Shown in pieces: positions 11,371 through 22,429 of a stretch of 32,000 bases of DNA (position 1 is its first letter; each line of letters opens with the position of its first letter). The notes beneath the pieces are model-generated. The model was not told the DNA's origin. It did not search any database and saw only the letters and a program-made list of their open reading frames with translations. Location: contig NZ_LT594522.1 of the NCBI RefSeq assembly GCF_900090215.1, positions 60,001-92,000 on the forward strand. The letters are read 5' to 3'. Both the position numbers and the translations under genes were made by a program. The stretch is from a secondary endosymbiont of Trabutina mannipara. GTDB lineage: Bacteria; Pseudomonadota; Gammaproteobacteria; Enterobacterales; Enterobacteriaceae.

Positions 11371-12318
11371 ATGGTGCCCAATATAAAACTTTTTTCTGGA
11401 AATGCAACTACGGAACTAGCAGAACGTATTGCTAATATTTTAGATACAAGTCTCGGCAATGCCACCGTTGGTAGATTCACTGACGGAGAAATTAACGTGC
11501 AAATTAATGAAAATGTACGTGGTGACGATATTTTTATTATACAATCTACTTGTGCACCTACAAACGATAATTTTATGGAATTAGTAATTATGGTTGATGC
11601 ACTTCGCAGGGCTTCTGCTGGACGTATCACTACAGTTATTCCTTATTTTGGATATGCGCGTCAGGATCGACGCGTACGCTCAGCACGGGTTCCAATTACA
11701 GCAAAAGTAGTAGCTGATTTTTTATCAATTATTAATGTTGATCGTGTATTGACTGTAGATCTACATGCTGAACAAATTCATGGTTTTTTTAATATGCCGT
11801 TAGACAACTTGTTTGGAAGCACCATCTTGATCGAAGATATGTTGCAGCATAATTTAGAAAATCCGATGATTGTATCTCCAGATATTGGAGGAGTTATGCG
11901 TGCTCGATCAATATCTAAGGTTCTTAATAATGCCGATATGGCAATTGTAGACAAGTACCGTTCTCGCGCTAATTTTTCACAGGTTATGCATATCATCGGC
12001 AATGTAAAAGGACGTGATTGTGTGTTAGTAGATGATATGATCGACACTGGAGGTACTTTGTGTAAAGCTGCAGAAGTTTTGAAAGAACAGGGCGCTAAAA
12101 GGGTTTTTGCATACGCTACGCATCCAATATTTTCAGGAAATGCTTATGAAAATATTAAGAATTCGTTAATAGAAACAGTTAGTGTTTGTGACACTATTCC
12201 GCTAAATCCAGCAATTAAAGCACTGCCCAACGTACGTACACTGACATTGTCTGGGATGCTAGCAGAAGCTATTCGCCGTCTTAGCAACGAAGAATCAATT
12301 TCTGCAATGTTTACCTAA
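11371..12318 (+). CDS. prs: ribose-phosphate pyrophosphokinase
   Basis: 315 aa, nearly collinear with E. coli Prs ([87 protein letters not shown]). AGAGG Shine-Dalgarno upstream. Confidence 0.97.
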   Translation: MVPNIKLFSGNATTELAERIANILDTSLGNATVGRFTDGEINVQINENVRGDDIFIIQSTCAPTNDNFMELVIMVDALRRASAGRITTVIPYFGYARQDRRVRSARVPITAKVVADFLSIINVDRVLTVDLHAEQIHGFFNMPLDNLFGSTILIEDMLQHNLENPMIVSPDIGGVMRARSISKVLNNADMAIVDKYRSRANFSQVMHIIGNVKGRDCVLVDDMIDTGGTLCKAAEVLKEQGAKRVFAYATHPIFSGNAYENIKNSLIETVSVCDTIPLNPAIKALPNVRTLTLSGMLAEAIRRLSNEESISAMFT

Positions 12319-12372
12319 AATAGTCTACAAATACCAGGTACGCTGCTGATTTTTAATAAAAAAGGTAATTAA

Positions 12373-12915
12373 ATGAAAATTAAATTAATCGTAGGGCTAG
12401 CTAATCCTGGCACTAAATACGTAGCTACGCGCCACAATTACGGATCTTTTTATATAAAATTACTTGCTAATCGCTACCTTCAAACTTTAAAAGAGAATAG
12501 TAAATTTTATGGATATACCTGCAAGATACCTATATTAGGCAACAATATCTATCTTCTAATACCCAATACTTTTATGAATTTGAGCGGAAAAGCGGTAGCA
12601 GCAATAGCTAATTTTTATCATATTTCTCCAGAGGAGATTTTAGTAGCTCACGATGAATTAAATATGTTGCCAGGCAATGTTAAAATTAAGATTAATGGCG
12701 GTCATAACGGTCATAACGGATTGAAAGATATTATCGCCCATCTTGGGGGGAATCAATTTTATCGACTACGCATTGGTATCGGCCATCCAGGTAATAAAAA
12801 TGAAGTAGTATATTTTGTTCTTAATAAGCCGCCAACAGAAGAACAAAAATTAATTAATAGTGCTATCGACGAAGCTGTTCGATGTACGGATATTATTATC
12901 AATAAAATACCATAA
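12373..12915 (+). CDS. pth: peptidyl-tRNA hydrolase
   Basis: 180 aa. [45 protein letters not shown] and [10 protein letters not shown] are collinear with E. coli Pth (194 aa). About 14 C-terminal residues are absent. Confidence 0.93.
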   Translation: MKIKLIVGLANPGTKYVATRHNYGSFYIKLLANRYLQTLKENSKFYGYTCKIPILGNNIYLLIPNTFMNLSGKAVAAIANFYHISPEEILVAHDELNMLPGNVKIKINGGHNGHNGLKDIIAHLGGNQFYRLRIGIGHPGNKNEVVYFVLNKPPTEEQKLINSAIDEAVRCTDIIINKIP

Positions 12916-12985
12916 ATATTGAATATTACCTAGTAACGCTACCAGTAAAATGCAATTATATTCTAATAATATAGAAGGTAAAATT

Positions 12986-14071
12986 ATGAGTGTTAAATGC
13001 GGTATTATAGGATTACCTAATGTAGGTAAATCTACTTTATTTAATGCGCTAACTAATGCAAGCGTTGCAGCTGCAAATTTTCCATTTTGTACTATTGAGC
13101 CTAATATTGGAATAGTGCCAATACCTGATCCTAGGATATATCAGTTAGCCGATATTGTAAAACCACAACGTGTCGTTTTTCCTAAAATTGAATTTATAGA
13201 TATCGCTGGACTATTAAAAGGTGCATCAAAAGGTGAAGGTCTAGGTAATAAGTTTTTATCCAATATTCGTAAAACAGAAGCTATTGCCCATGTAGTGCGC
13301 TGTTTTGAAAGCGACAATATTATTCATATGACAGGACAAGTTGATCCAGTAAAAGACATAGATATCATAAATACGGAACTTGCCTTATTTGATCTAGATT
13401 TGTGTACAAAAACTATTCAACAAGTGCAAAAAAGGGTTCAAATTGGCGATAAAAACGCCAGGATAGAATTGTTGGTATTAGAAAAATGTTTACCCCACCT
13501 TAAAGAGGGTGGCATGTTGCGAATGCTAAATTTTTCTAGAGACGAGAAAAGAGCTATCCGCTATATTAAATTTTTAACAATAAAACCAATAATGTATATT
13601 GCTAACGTTAGTGAAAATGATTGTAATGATAATGTTTACTTAAGTAAGTTGTGCGAGATTGCCTCTTCTGAAAGATCGATAGTAATTGCGGTATGTGCAG
13701 TAGTGGAATCCTATATCTCAAAAATTAAAAAAAAAAATCAATTTTTAGCTGATTTGGGTATTGAAGAGCCGGGATTAAACCGTATTATTCGCGCTGGTTA
13801 TAACTTATTGAATCTGCAAACTTATTTTACCGCAGGTGTAAAAGAATTACGTGCTTGGACCATTCCTGTCGGAACTACTGCATTGCAAGCATCTGGTAAA
13901 ATTCATACTGATTTTAAAAAAGGATTTATTCGTGTCAAAACTATTTCTTTTGATGATTTTATTACCTATAAAGGGGAGCAAGGAGCTAAAAAAGCTGGAA
14001 AAATTCGTTTTGAAGGAAAAGAATATATAGTTATGGATGGCGATGTATTAAATTTTTTATTTAATATTTAA
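12986..14071 (+). CDS. ychF: ribosome-binding ATPase YchF
   Basis: The track ORF starts at 12950. Homology to E. coli YchF ([17 protein letters not shown]) begins at [17 protein letters not shown], so the start is ATG 12986, with GAAGG 8 nt upstream. C-terminal TGS-type region: [28 protein letters not shown]. Confidence 0.93.
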   Translation: MSVKCGIIGLPNVGKSTLFNALTNASVAAANFPFCTIEPNIGIVPIPDPRIYQLADIVKPQRVVFPKIEFIDIAGLLKGASKGEGLGNKFLSNIRKTEAIAHVVRCFESDNIIHMTGQVDPVKDIDIINTELALFDLDLCTKTIQQVQKRVQIGDKNARIELLVLEKCLPHLKEGGMLRMLNFSRDEKRAIRYIKFLTIKPIMYIANVSENDCNDNVYLSKLCEIASSERSIVIAVCAVVESYISKIKKKNQFLADLGIEEPGLNRIIRAGYNLLNLQTYFTAGVKELRAWTIPVGTTALQASGKIHTDFKKGFIRVKTISFDDFITYKGEQGAKKAGKIRFEGKEYIVMDGDVLNFLFNI

Positions 14072-14125
14072 TATACAGCAATTATTTAATTTTTGTCTGA
14101 ATTATTTTCAGTATTATAAAAAATT

Positions 14126-14154
14126 TTGACATTCATGATCATAGAATTTATTAT
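14126..14154 (+). promoter_or_regulatory. candidate sigma70 promoter for the tRNA-Asn/tRNA-Arg pair
   Basis: TTGACA (14126-14131), a 17-bp spacer, then TATTAT (14149-14154). The mature tRNA 5' end lies 12 nt downstream. Hexamer matches arise easily in AT-rich DNA. Confidence 0.4.
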
Positions 14155-14165
14155 TTATAAAATAT

Positions 14166-14241
14166 TCCCCTGTAGTTCAGTTGGTAGAACGGCGGACTGT
14201 TAATCCGTATGTCACTGGTTCGAGTCCAGTCAGGGGAGCCA
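14166..14241 (+). tRNA. tRNA-Asn (anticodon GUU), CCA encoded
   Basis: TCCCCTGTAGTTCAGTTGGTAGAACGGCGGACTGTTAATCCGTATGTCACTGGTTCGAGTCCAGTCAGGGGAGCCA is near-identical to E. coli tRNA-Asn. Anticodon loop: CTGTTAA. Confidence 0.95.
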
Positions 14242-14251
14242 GTTTAAAGTT

Positions 14252-14324
14252 GTCTCTGTAGTTAAATGGATAATAATGAGCCCCTCCTAAGGGCTAGTTA
14301 CAGGTTCGATTCCTGTCGGAGACG
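14252..14324 (+). tRNA. argW: tRNA-Arg (anticodon CCU), CCA not encoded
   Basis: GTCTCTGTAGTTAAATGGATAATAATGAGCCCCTCCTAAGGGCTAGTTACAGGTTCGATTCCTGTCGGAGACG resembles E. coli argW. Anticodon loop: CTCCTAA. The acceptor stem pairs over 7 bp with one G-U. The 3' flank is TCC. Confidence 0.9.
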
Positions 14325-14384
14325 TCCTTAATATTGTTCTCAGCTGTAATATAACTTTAACCTTGTTGCGTTAATTTTTACCAA

Positions 14385-16118
14385 CTACATTATTTCTACT
14401 GTTTCTATACCTAACAATTCTAACCCTTGTTTTATAGTACGTGCTGTAATCAATGCCAACTTAAGACGACTTTGGCGTAACGTTTCGTTTTCTGCATTAA
14501 GAATGGGACATGTTTCATAGAAGGCTGAAAAGAGCACTGATAGATTATAAAGATAGGCGCATAATACGTGGGGAGTGCCCTCTTTAGCTACGATAAGAAT
14601 TGTTTCTTTTAACTGTAGAATACGAACTGCTAACTGAATTTCTTGTTCTGATTTTAGCTTAAAATTACCGTTAAGCTGAATTTGTTGTTCATCCTGGCCG
14701 CTACGTTTAAATATCGAAACGATGCGAGTGTAAGCGTATTGCATGTAAGGTGCAGTATTTCCTTCAAAAGTTAGCATCTTATCCCAGTCAAAAACGTAAT
14801 CTGTAATTCTGTTTTTGGATAAATCAGCATATTTTACTGCACCGATGCCTAATACTCGCGATAATCGATCCAGATATTCAGTATTAATATCAGGATTTTT
14901 AGCTAGAATTATACTTCTGGCGCGTAATATTGCTTCTGACAGTAGTTTCGTAAGTTTTACTGTTCCTCCATCACGGGTTTTAAAAGGTTTACCATCTTTA
15001 CCTAACATCATGCCGAACATATGGTGTTCTATAGGGATTGATTCAGGCACGTAACCAGCCTTGCGCACGATTGTCCAGGCCTGCATTAAATGCTGATGTT
15101 GGCGTGAATCAATGTAGTATATAATTCGATCTGCTTTTAGTTTTTCATAACGATATTTAGCGCATGCAATATCATTGGTTGTATATAGGTAAGCACCATC
15201 CTTTTTTTTTAGAATCACTCCCATAGGGTTTCCTTTCTTGTTTTTAAATTCATTAAGAAATACTATAATGGAGCCTTCACTTTCTACTGCTAGACCTTTT
15301 TTTTGCAGATCTTCTACAATATTGGGCAACATTTTATTGTACATGCTCTCACCCATGATATCGGCACTTGTTAATGTAACGTTGAGTAGATCATATATTT
15401 TTTGGTTTTGTATAATAGTAATATCAACAATTTTTCGCCACATCTGCAGGTAATACTCGTCACCAACCTGTAGCTTAACTACATATTCTCGTGCTCGCTT
15501 GGCGAAAATAGGATCTTTGTCATATTGCAGCTTTGCTGCGCGATAAAAATTTTCTAAATTCAATAGTTTTATGTCACAGTTATCTTTTATATTTTCTAAA
15601 TAGGCAATTAGCATTCCGAACTGAGTTCCCCAATCACCGATATGGTTAGCCCTGATAACATTATGTCCTAAAAAGGTTAGAGTGCGCACTGAAACATCAC
15701 CTATAATTGTTGAACGCATGTGGCCAACATGCATTTCTTTAGCAACATTTGGCGCTGAATAATCTACTACAATAGTCTGAGGTTCAGATCTTGAAATACC
15801 TAAACGAGGCGATGAAATAGCAGCAATAAGGTTATCTTCCAACCAGTGCGGTTCAAGAAATATATTGATAAAACCTGGACCTGCTATTTCAATTTTGCAA
15901 GCAATACCATCTAAAGCAAGTAAATCTACTACTTTAAGAGCTAGTTTTATAGACGGTAATCCTAGTCTTTTAGCAATCTCCATTACGCCATTAAATTGAT
16001 AATTTCCAAATTTTTTTTTTGTAGATTGTTGCACTTTAGCTTTGCATTCTGAATGGACACCTGCATCTACTAGCGCTTGTTTAATTTTTTCTGAAAGAAA
16101 TAATTGGATGTTCACCAT
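14385..16118 (-). CDS. argS: arginine--tRNA ligase
   Basis: 577 aa, the same length as E. coli ArgRS. It has the class I HIGH motif (HVGHMRS) and the C-terminal anticodon-binding domain. AGAGG Shine-Dalgarno upstream. Confidence 0.97.
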   Translation of the reverse strand: MVNIQLFLSEKIKQALVDAGVHSECKAKVQQSTKKKFGNYQFNGVMEIAKRLGLPSIKLALKVVDLLALDGIACKIEIAGPGFINIFLEPHWLEDNLIAAISSPRLGISRSEPQTIVVDYSAPNVAKEMHVGHMRSTIIGDVSVRTLTFLGHNVIRANHIGDWGTQFGMLIAYLENIKDNCDIKLLNLENFYRAAKLQYDKDPIFAKRAREYVVKLQVGDEYYLQMWRKIVDITIIQNQKIYDLLNVTLTSADIMGESMYNKMLPNIVEDLQKKGLAVESEGSIIVFLNEFKNKKGNPMGVILKKKDGAYLYTTNDIACAKYRYEKLKADRIIYYIDSRQHQHLMQAWTIVRKAGYVPESIPIEHHMFGMMLGKDGKPFKTRDGGTVKLTKLLSEAILRARSIILAKNPDINTEYLDRLSRVLGIGAVKYADLSKNRITDYVFDWDKMLTFEGNTAPYMQYAYTRIVSIFKRSGQDEQQIQLNGNFKLKSEQEIQLAVRILQLKETILIVAKEGTPHVLCAYLYNLSVLFSAFYETCPILNAENETLRQSRLKLALITARTIKQGLELLGIETVEIM

Positions 16119-16358
16119 AATACCTCTGTTGCATTGTCGGTAAGTCTTAATGTTATTTTATAAACTTTATACCTATTATATAGGAACCACACATACTTAC
16201 CTAAAAAATATTTATTTTTTAGTTATTAATATTAAGTAGCTTTTTATCGGGTATCTTTAGTTAATAACTAAAACTAATTATCAATAAGCATAATAAATAC
16301 AGTACCAATAACGATAATTTACTGTTAAAGTTAATTTTAAATTAAAGGGTATATTAAA

Positions 16359-18071
16359 ATGCGTACTATATATTGCGGACAGTTGAATATGTCACATGTT
16401 AGTCAAAAAGTAACATTATGTGGTTGGGTAAATCGTAGACGCGATCTTGGGGGGTTAATTTTTATCGATCTACGTGACCTAGAAGGTTTAGTGCAGGTTT
16501 TTTTTAATCCTGATCTGCAAGATACTTTTGCTCTAGCTGCTGAAATAAGAAATGAATTCTGTTTACAGATTACCGGTATTGTGCGATCAAGACCTAAAAA
16601 CCAAGTTAATAATGATCTGGCAACAGGCGCAATTGAAATAATGGCTACAGAATTTAAAATTCTTAATCGTTCTGAGTATCTACCAATAGACAACAATCAA
16701 AATAATAGTGAAGAACAGCGTCTTAAATTCCGCTATCTTGATTTACGCCGCCATATTATGGCACAGCGCCTAAAAACAAGATCGCGTATATCTAGTTTTG
16801 TACGTCGCTTCATGGAAAAACAAGGTTTTATTGATATTGAAACACCTATGCTAACTAAAGCTACTCCAGAAGGAGCTCGTGATTATTTGGTGCCTAGCAG
16901 GTTACATAAAGGAAAATTTTATGCTTTGCCGCAATCACCACAGTTATTTAAACAATTGCTGATGATATCAGGATTCGATCGCTACTATCAGATTGTAAAA
17001 TGTTTTCGCGACGAAGATCTGCGTGCTGATCGTCAGTCTGAATTTACTCAGATAGATGTAGAAATGTCTTTTATGACCGCAACACAGGTGCGAGAAATAA
17101 TGGAACAGTTAATACGTGATTTATGGCTAAATATTACAGGTATAGATCTTTTTGTTTTTCCGCAGATGACCTATGCCGAGGCTATGCGTCGCTTTGGTTC
17201 TGATAAGCCTGACCTCCGTAATCCAATGGAACTAGTAGACGTGGCTGATTTAGTTAAGGATACTAAGTTAAATATATTTTCAATTCCTGCTAATGACCGT
17301 AAGTGCCGAGTTACAGCGTTGCGCGTCCCAGGAGGAGCACAGTTAAGCAGCAAACAGATTGAAGAATACAATAGATATATTCAATCATATTATGGCGCAA
17401 AATCGCTGGTATGGATTAAATTAATCTATTGCAATGATAGTGTGGTAGTAAGAAGCCCATTAGTAAAATTATTAGAACAACAGGTAATTAAGCAGATAAT
17501 CGCACGTACAGGTGCAAATGATGGCGATATTATTTTTTTAAGCGCTGATAATCTAAATGTAGTAACCAATTCTCTTGGTGCTCTACGTATAAAATTAGGT
17601 ATAGATTTGCAGCTTATAGATACTGCTAGATGGGCTCCGGTGTGGATCGTTGATTTTCCTATGTTTAAAGAAGATGCAAACGGTAAGTTGACCGCTATGC
17701 ATCATCCGTTCACGGCACCCAAAAATATTGATATTAATACTCTTAATGCATGTCCCAAAGAAGCTATAGCTGATGCTTATGACCTGGTCATTAACGGTTA
17801 CGAGGTCGGCGGAGGTTCCGTTAGGATCCATAGTATCGCTATGCAAAAAAACGTATTTACAATTTTAGGTATTGGTGAACATGAGCAATATGAGAAATTC
17901 GGCTTTCTACTAGATGCATTAAAATATGGGACACCACCGCATGCTGGTTTAGCTTTCGGTCTTGATCGATTGGTAATGCTTTTGACTGGTACGGATAATA
18001 TACGTGATGTTATCGCGTTCCCAAAAACTACCACGGCAGCAGATTTAATGACTGAAGCACCTAGCTTTTAG
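16359..18071 (+). CDS. aspS: aspartate--tRNA ligase
   Basis: 570 aa. It has class II motifs ([18 protein letters not shown]; GGGSVRIH; [15 protein letters not shown]). It ends at ...MTEAPSF, about 20 aa short of E. coli AspRS (590 aa). Confidence 0.97.
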   Translation: MRTIYCGQLNMSHVSQKVTLCGWVNRRRDLGGLIFIDLRDLEGLVQVFFNPDLQDTFALAAEIRNEFCLQITGIVRSRPKNQVNNDLATGAIEIMATEFKILNRSEYLPIDNNQNNSEEQRLKFRYLDLRRHIMAQRLKTRSRISSFVRRFMEKQGFIDIETPMLTKATPEGARDYLVPSRLHKGKFYALPQSPQLFKQLLMISGFDRYYQIVKCFRDEDLRADRQSEFTQIDVEMSFMTATQVREIMEQLIRDLWLNITGIDLFVFPQMTYAEAMRRFGSDKPDLRNPMELVDVADLVKDTKLNIFSIPANDRKCRVTALRVPGGAQLSSKQIEEYNRYIQSYYGAKSLVWIKLIYCNDSVVVRSPLVKLLEQQVIKQIIARTGANDGDIIFLSADNLNVVTNSLGALRIKLGIDLQLIDTARWAPVWIVDFPMFKEDANGKLTAMHHPFTAPKNIDINTLNACPKEAIADAYDLVINGYEVGGGSVRIHSIAMQKNVFTILGIGEHEQYEKFGFLLDALKYGTPPHAGLAFGLDRLVMLLTGTDNIRDVIAFPKTTTAADLMTEAPSF

Positions 18072-18250
18072 CTTTAGCAATGCTTAAAATATAAGAAAAT
18101 TATTTTTTATGGGGCTATTCATTAATTTTGCATCTAGCTCTAGATTAGTTAAAATTAACATTTTTTGCAGTAACTAACCATGAATAACCTTACTAATAAC
18201 CATGAATAACTATGATACGCGATAACTTAGTAAGTTGAGTAGCAAATTAT

Positions 18251-18585
18251 GATACTAAAATGGAAAATACTATCCTTAGTTGTACGTTCTTCTTTTAAGA
18301 AAGAAGGTTCTGTATCGTATTTTTTTACTAAAAAAGTAGTAATATATTTTACTTAATAAAAGTCATAATTTTAGTTACGGTAATTTTCATACTTTGGAAA
18401 AGTAACAGATGCGCTAGTAACTGCAGGTTGGGATACCGAAACCTTCTGAGGTTTCTTTTATTCATTCTATTTTAGAAAGCTCCTAACTTATTCAATATGC
18501 TGAATTATGCTGAATAAGGAATATTTTGACGAGGTACAAAAAGTACAACCACAACGATGATAGTGAGGTATTACAATTTTATTTA
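18251..18585 (+). pseudogene. yebC: eroded remnant of yebC (YebC/TACO1-family protein); boundaries approximate, and weaker traces may extend back to ~18110
   Basis: There are collinear protein-similarity islands in shifting frames with stops. VRSSFKKEGSVSYFFTKKVVIYFT (18282-18353) matches E. coli VRHAFSKCGG..GSVAYLFSKKGVISFEK. VTDALVTAGWDTETF (18402-18446) matches [36 protein letters not shown] (around 18479-18545, after removing one copy of a 10-bp duplication) matches [34 protein letters not shown] (18544-18585) matches YHNGEISDEVAATL. The position between aspS and ruvC is the same as in E. coli. Confidence 0.6.
18496..18515. repeat. perfect 10-bp tandem duplication (TATGCTGAAT x2) inside the yebC remnant
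   Basis: Read directly. The extra copy shifts the yebC frame. Confidence 0.9.
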
Positions 18586-18597
18586 GGCAATAGAGAT

Positions 18598-19083
18598 ATG
18601 ACTGTGATTTTAGGAATTGACCCTGGTTCGCGTATTACCGGCTATGGCATTGTGAGTAATAATGGGCATAAACTTAATTATTTAGGAAGTGGTTGTATTC
18701 AAACAAACGTAAAATATTTTCCAGGTCGTTTAAAGCTTATATATGCAGGAATAAGTAAAATTATAACTCAATTTCAGCCTAATTGCATAGCAGTTGAGCA
18801 GGTATTTATAGCAAAAAATGCTGATTCGGCACTAAAGCTTGGTCATGCACGTGGTGTAGTAATAGTAGCTGCAATCAACCTAGATTTACCTATATTTGAA
18901 TACACAGCTCGTCAGGTTAAACAGACTGTAGTTGGAATAGGTTCCGCAGATAAAATTCAGGTACAACATATGGTACGTAGTCTATTGAATCTATCGTATA
19001 ATAATATACAGGCAGACTCTGCAGATGCTTTAGCAATCGCTATTACTCATTGCTACTTTAGCCAGAATCATTATAGTAGATGA
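18598..19083 (+). CDS. ruvC: crossover junction endodeoxyribonuclease RuvC
   Basis: The track ORF begins at TTG 18526, but homology to E. coli RuvC ([19 protein letters not shown]) begins at [19 protein letters not shown] (ATG 18598). The upstream in-frame codons are the yebC C-terminal remnant. 161 aa versus 173 aa in E. coli (short C-terminus). Confidence 0.93.
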   Translation: MTVILGIDPGSRITGYGIVSNNGHKLNYLGSGCIQTNVKYFPGRLKLIYAGISKIITQFQPNCIAVEQVFIAKNADSALKLGHARGVVIVAAINLDLPIFEYTARQVKQTVVGIGSADKIQVQHMVRSLLNLSYNNIQADSADALAIAITHCYFSQNHYSR

Positions 19084-19135
19084 CTACGGTATAGCTAATA
19101 AGCGCATCATTATAATAATTTAAAGGATAATTGAG

Positions 19136-19735
19136 ATGATTGGACGTCTCAGAGGCATTATTTTGGAAAAACAGCCACCACAAGTTATGTTGGAAACTAA
19201 TGGAATAGGTTATGAAGTACAATTGCCAATGACATGTTTTTATGCTTTACCTAAAATTGGTCAGGAAGCAATTCTCTTCACACATTTAGTTATGCGTGAA
19301 AATTCACAGATGATATTTGGTTTTATATATAAGCATGAACGTGTATTATTTCGAGAACTAATTAAAGTAAACGGTGTGGGGCCAAAGCTAGCTTTAGCTA
19401 TTTTATCTGGAATGTCAGCACAGCAGTTTGTCAGCGCTGTAGAAAGACGTGAAATTAATGCATTAGTAAAATTACCAGGAGTAGGTAAAAAAACTGCAGA
19501 AAGATTAGTAGTAGAAATAAAAGATAGATTGAAAAATTTATCAGGTGAGCGATTGCTATCTACTAGCATAAGCATCCTTAATGAAGATAATAAAAATACT
19601 GAGAGTGAAGCAATTGCTGCTCTTGTGTCACTAGGTTATAAACCGCATGAAGCAAGCTTGATGGTAGGTAAAGTAGCAAGTGACGACGCAGATTGTGAAA
19701 TGATTATTCGTAATGCACTGCGCTCAGCGCTGTGA
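19136..19735 (+). CDS. ruvA: Holliday junction DNA helicase subunit RuvA
   Basis: 199 aa. [42 protein letters not shown] and [12 protein letters not shown] (HhH motifs) are collinear with E. coli RuvA. Confidence 0.95.
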   Translation: MIGRLRGIILEKQPPQVMLETNGIGYEVQLPMTCFYALPKIGQEAILFTHLVMRENSQMIFGFIYKHERVLFRELIKVNGVGPKLALAILSGMSAQQFVSAVERREINALVKLPGVGKKTAERLVVEIKDRLKNLSGERLLSTSISILNEDNKNTESEAIAALVSLGYKPHEASLMVGKVASDDADCEMIIRNALRSAL

Positions 19736-19743
19736 GGTATAAA

Positions 19744-20748
19744 ATGATAGATAACGATCGAATAATTTCTGGTGTAGCTGTAACTGGAGAAGAAGTGATC
19801 GATCACGCTATACGTCCTAAAAAACTAGAAGAATATATTGGCCAGCAACAAGTTTGTGAGCAAATGAATATATTTATCCAGGCAGCCAAAAGGCGCGGCG
19901 AGGCACTTGATCATGTTCTTATTTGGGGTCCTCCTGGGCTGGGAAAAACTACGTTGGCAAATATTGTTGCTAATGAGCTAGAAGTAAATTTGCGAATAAC
20001 TTCAGGTCCAGTACTTGAAAAAGCTGGTGATTTAGCAGCTATGTTGACTAATCTTGAGATTAATGATGTTTTATTTATTGATGAAATCCATAGACTTTCA
20101 CCAGTAATTGAGGAAATACTATATCCGGCAATGGAAGACTATAAACTAGATATTATGATAGGAGAGGGACCAGCAGCCCGCTCTATAAAAGTAAATTTAC
20201 CACCGTTTACTTTAGTAGGAGCTACTACTAGAGCTGGATTACTTACGTCGCCGCTGCGTGATCGATTTGGTATCGTGCAACGATTAGAATTTTATCAGAT
20301 AAGAGATTTGCAGCATATAGTAAATCGCAGCGCCAACTGTATGAAGTTAAATATTACCGAAAAAGGTGCACTGGAAATAGCTCGACGATCTCGTGGTACC
20401 CCGCGTATAGCTAACCGGCTGCTGCGCCGGGTACGTGATTTCGCTGAAGTACTTACTGTAGGTTGCATTACTGATGATGTAGCGATGAATGCTCTAAATA
20501 TGCTAAATGTTGATCCTCACGGGTTCGATTTAATGGATCGAAAGCTTATAATGGCTGTTATCGATAAATTTATTGGTGGACCCGTGGGTTTGGATAATTT
20601 GGCTGCAGCTATCGGTGAAGATCGTGAAACTATAGAAGACGTACTTGAGCCATTTTTAATTCAACAGGGTTTTATACAGCGAACACCGCGCGGAAGGATT
20701 GCTACCGTTCACGCTTATCGTCATTTTAAGAAGGGATATGACAAGTAA
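19744..20748 (+). CDS. ruvB: Holliday junction DNA helicase RuvB
   Basis: The track ORF starts at GTG 19732. E. coli RuvB (MIEADRLIS) aligns with MIDNDRIIS at ATG 19744, with GAGG 6 nt upstream. It has Walker [12 protein letters not shown] and Walker B LFIDEIH. 334 aa. Confidence 0.95.
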   Translation: MIDNDRIISGVAVTGEEVIDHAIRPKKLEEYIGQQQVCEQMNIFIQAAKRRGEALDHVLIWGPPGLGKTTLANIVANELEVNLRITSGPVLEKAGDLAAMLTNLEINDVLFIDEIHRLSPVIEEILYPAMEDYKLDIMIGEGPAARSIKVNLPPFTLVGATTRAGLLTSPLRDRFGIVQRLEFYQIRDLQHIVNRSANCMKLNITEKGALEIARRSRGTPRIANRLLRRVRDFAEVLTVGCITDDVAMNALNMLNVDPHGFDLMDRKLIMAVIDKFIGGPVGLDNLAAAIGEDRETIEDVLEPFLIQQGFIQRTPRGRIATVHAYRHFKKGYDK

Positions 20749-21016
20749 AAATGATCAACGTTAAGTTTTTCGTAGCAGAGGTAGGCAAGCACATTTTGTT
20801 AGTAAATTATTATAGTAATTATAGTAAGTTTATGTATCATCTAAAAATACCAGCAATTCAAATAAAAACATAATAATTTTAATTGGTATAGGTTCTCAAT
20901 CTAGCTAGCGATTTAGTTAGTAGCTGGTACTGTAAAAAAAATTGATGCATGATACAATAAAATATGATAATTATCATAAATATAATATTTATAATTAACT
21001 ATTATGGAGAGGATAA

Positions 21017-21244
21017 ATGTCACGAGTATGCCAGGTTACGGGCAAAATTACGATGAACGGCAATAACCGCTCCCATGCAATGAATGCAACCAAGCGACGT
21101 TTTTTTCCTAACCTGCACTATCACCGTTTTTGGGTTGATAGTAAAAAAATATTTATTACATTACGTGTATCTACTAAAGGTATACGTATAATAGATAAGA
21201 AAGGTATCGAAAAAGTTTTGGCTGAAAATAATATTCTAAGGTAA
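21017..21244 (+). CDS. rpmB: 50S ribosomal protein L28
   Basis: [10 protein letters not shown]....GNNRSHA.NATKRRF.PNLH.HRFWV is collinear with E. coli L28. 75 aa. Confidence 0.95.
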   Translation: MSRVCQVTGKITMNGNNRSHAMNATKRRFFPNLHYHRFWVDSKKIFITLRVSTKGIRIIDKKGIEKVLAENNILR

Positions 21245-21254
21245 AAAATAAATC

Positions 21255-21422
21255 ATGGCAAAGAGTGTTTGTGAAAAGATTAAATTAGTTTCTTCTGCTG
21301 GTACTGGTCACTTCTATACCACTACGAAGAATAAACGTAATAAATCTGAAAAAATAGAATTCAAAAAATTTGATCCTGTAGTACGCAAGCATGTTCTTTA
21401 TAAAGAAGCAAAAATTAAATAA
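21255..21422 (+). CDS. rpmG: 50S ribosomal protein L33 (not in the ORF track; 55 codons)
   Basis: My translation is [56 protein letters not shown]. coli L33 is [55 protein letters not shown]. The ATG lies 10 nt after the rpmB stop. Confidence 0.93.
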   Translation: MAKSVCEKIKLVSSAGTGHFYTTTKNKRNKSEKIEFKKFDPVVRKHVLYKEAKIK

Positions 21423-21430
21423 CTTCACCA

Positions 21431-21460
21431 AAACCTGGCACATTCCAGGTTTTTTTATTT
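21431..21460 (+). terminator. Rho-independent terminator of rpmB-rpmG
   Basis: Stem AAACCTGG (21431-21438) pairs with CCAGGTTT (21445-21452) around the loop CACATT. The stem runs into TTTTTTATTTTT, 9 nt after the rpmG stop. Confidence 0.7.
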
Positions 21461-21513
21461 TTATAGTAGTTTATCTAACTGCTATTTTAATCTTTAATTA
21501 AAGGAAGTATTAA

Positions 21514-22323
21514 ATGCCTGAACTACCTGAAGTAGAAACCTGTCGCCTGGGAATAGAACCTTGGTTATCTGGACATACTATTATAAGAGTGGAAGTTCAT
21601 AATGCAAGATTGCGTTGGCCAGTAGATAAAGAGATTCTTTTACTAAAGAAGAAGCAGGTTCTTAGCGTGCAAAGAAGGGCAAAATATCTTCTATTAGAGC
21701 TAAATGAAGGCTGGATTATTATTCATCTTGGCATGTCTGGATGTTTGAGAGTGATGCTTTACCCTCAGTTTCCTAATAAGCATGATCATATTGATCTTAT
21801 CCTTAATAATGGGTTTATGATACGTTATACTGATCCGCGGCGATTTGGTGCCTGGCTATGGAGTGATAATATACAAAAAAGTAGTTTGCTAGATCATATA
21901 GGTCCAGAACCCCTAAGTGATAATTTTAATAACCGCTGGCTTTACGAAAAATTGCGTAATAAACGTACTCCTATAAAAACATTGCTAACAGATAATAAAA
22001 TTGTTGCTGGTATAGGCAATATTTATGCTAGCGAATCTTTATTTATTGCAGGTATTTTACCAGGGCGTGCAGCTAGTTCGTTAAGTGAAAAAGATGCAGA
22101 AACATTAGTTCAGAGTATTAAGAAAGTACTACTACGTTCAATTCATAAAGGAGGCACTACATTACGAAATTTTTTACAGTCTAACGGTAATCCTGGTAAC
22201 TTTATACATGAATTGCATGTTTACGGAAGAAAAAATAAAAAATGCAGGTTATGCGGTACTTTGATACAAATAGTTAAGCACAAGCAACGTAGTACTTTTT
22301 TCTGTCCTAAATGTCAACACTAG
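21514..22323 (+). CDS. mutM: formamidopyrimidine-DNA glycosylase
   Basis: 269 aa. It has the N-terminal catalytic MPELPEVE, the H2TH region and a C-terminal zinc finger (CRLCGT...FFCPKCQ), and is collinear with E. coli Fpg. Confidence 0.95.
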   Translation: MPELPEVETCRLGIEPWLSGHTIIRVEVHNARLRWPVDKEILLLKKKQVLSVQRRAKYLLLELNEGWIIIHLGMSGCLRVMLYPQFPNKHDHIDLILNNGFMIRYTDPRRFGAWLWSDNIQKSSLLDHIGPEPLSDNFNNRWLYEKLRNKRTPIKTLLTDNKIVAGIGNIYASESLFIAGILPGRAASSLSEKDAETLVQSIKKVLLRSIHKGGTTLRNFLQSNGNPGNFIHELHVYGRKNKKCRLCGTLIQIVKHKQRSTFFCPKCQH

Positions 22324-22404
22324 CTCATAGTATAGTAAGCTTGTTTTAAGGATCAAAAACCAATACATAATAACAAATGCTTTAGGTACGGTACCTGCTG
22401 ATGA

Positions 22405-22426
22405 GCTTGCTGCAATGATAGCAAGC
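22405..22426 (+). terminator. weak candidate hairpin between the convergent mutM and endA
   Basis: GCTTGCT (22405-22411) pairs with AGCAAGC (22420-22426) around an 8-nt loop. It is followed by CGCTTAATTT, which is a poor U-tract. Confidence 0.2.
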
Positions 22427-22429
22427 CGC

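Noticed and set aside
20963-20978. A 16-bp perfect palindrome TATGATAATTATCATA about 40 bp upstream of rpmB. It contains overlapping GATAAT/ATTATC hexamers reminiscent of a Fur box.
   Set aside because: There are only two overlapping hexamers, whereas functional Fur boxes need three or more. The sequence is pure A/T apart from one G-C pair per arm, so chance occurrence in ~20% GC DNA is plausible. There is no biological rationale for iron control of rpmB-rpmG, and no fur gene is visible here.
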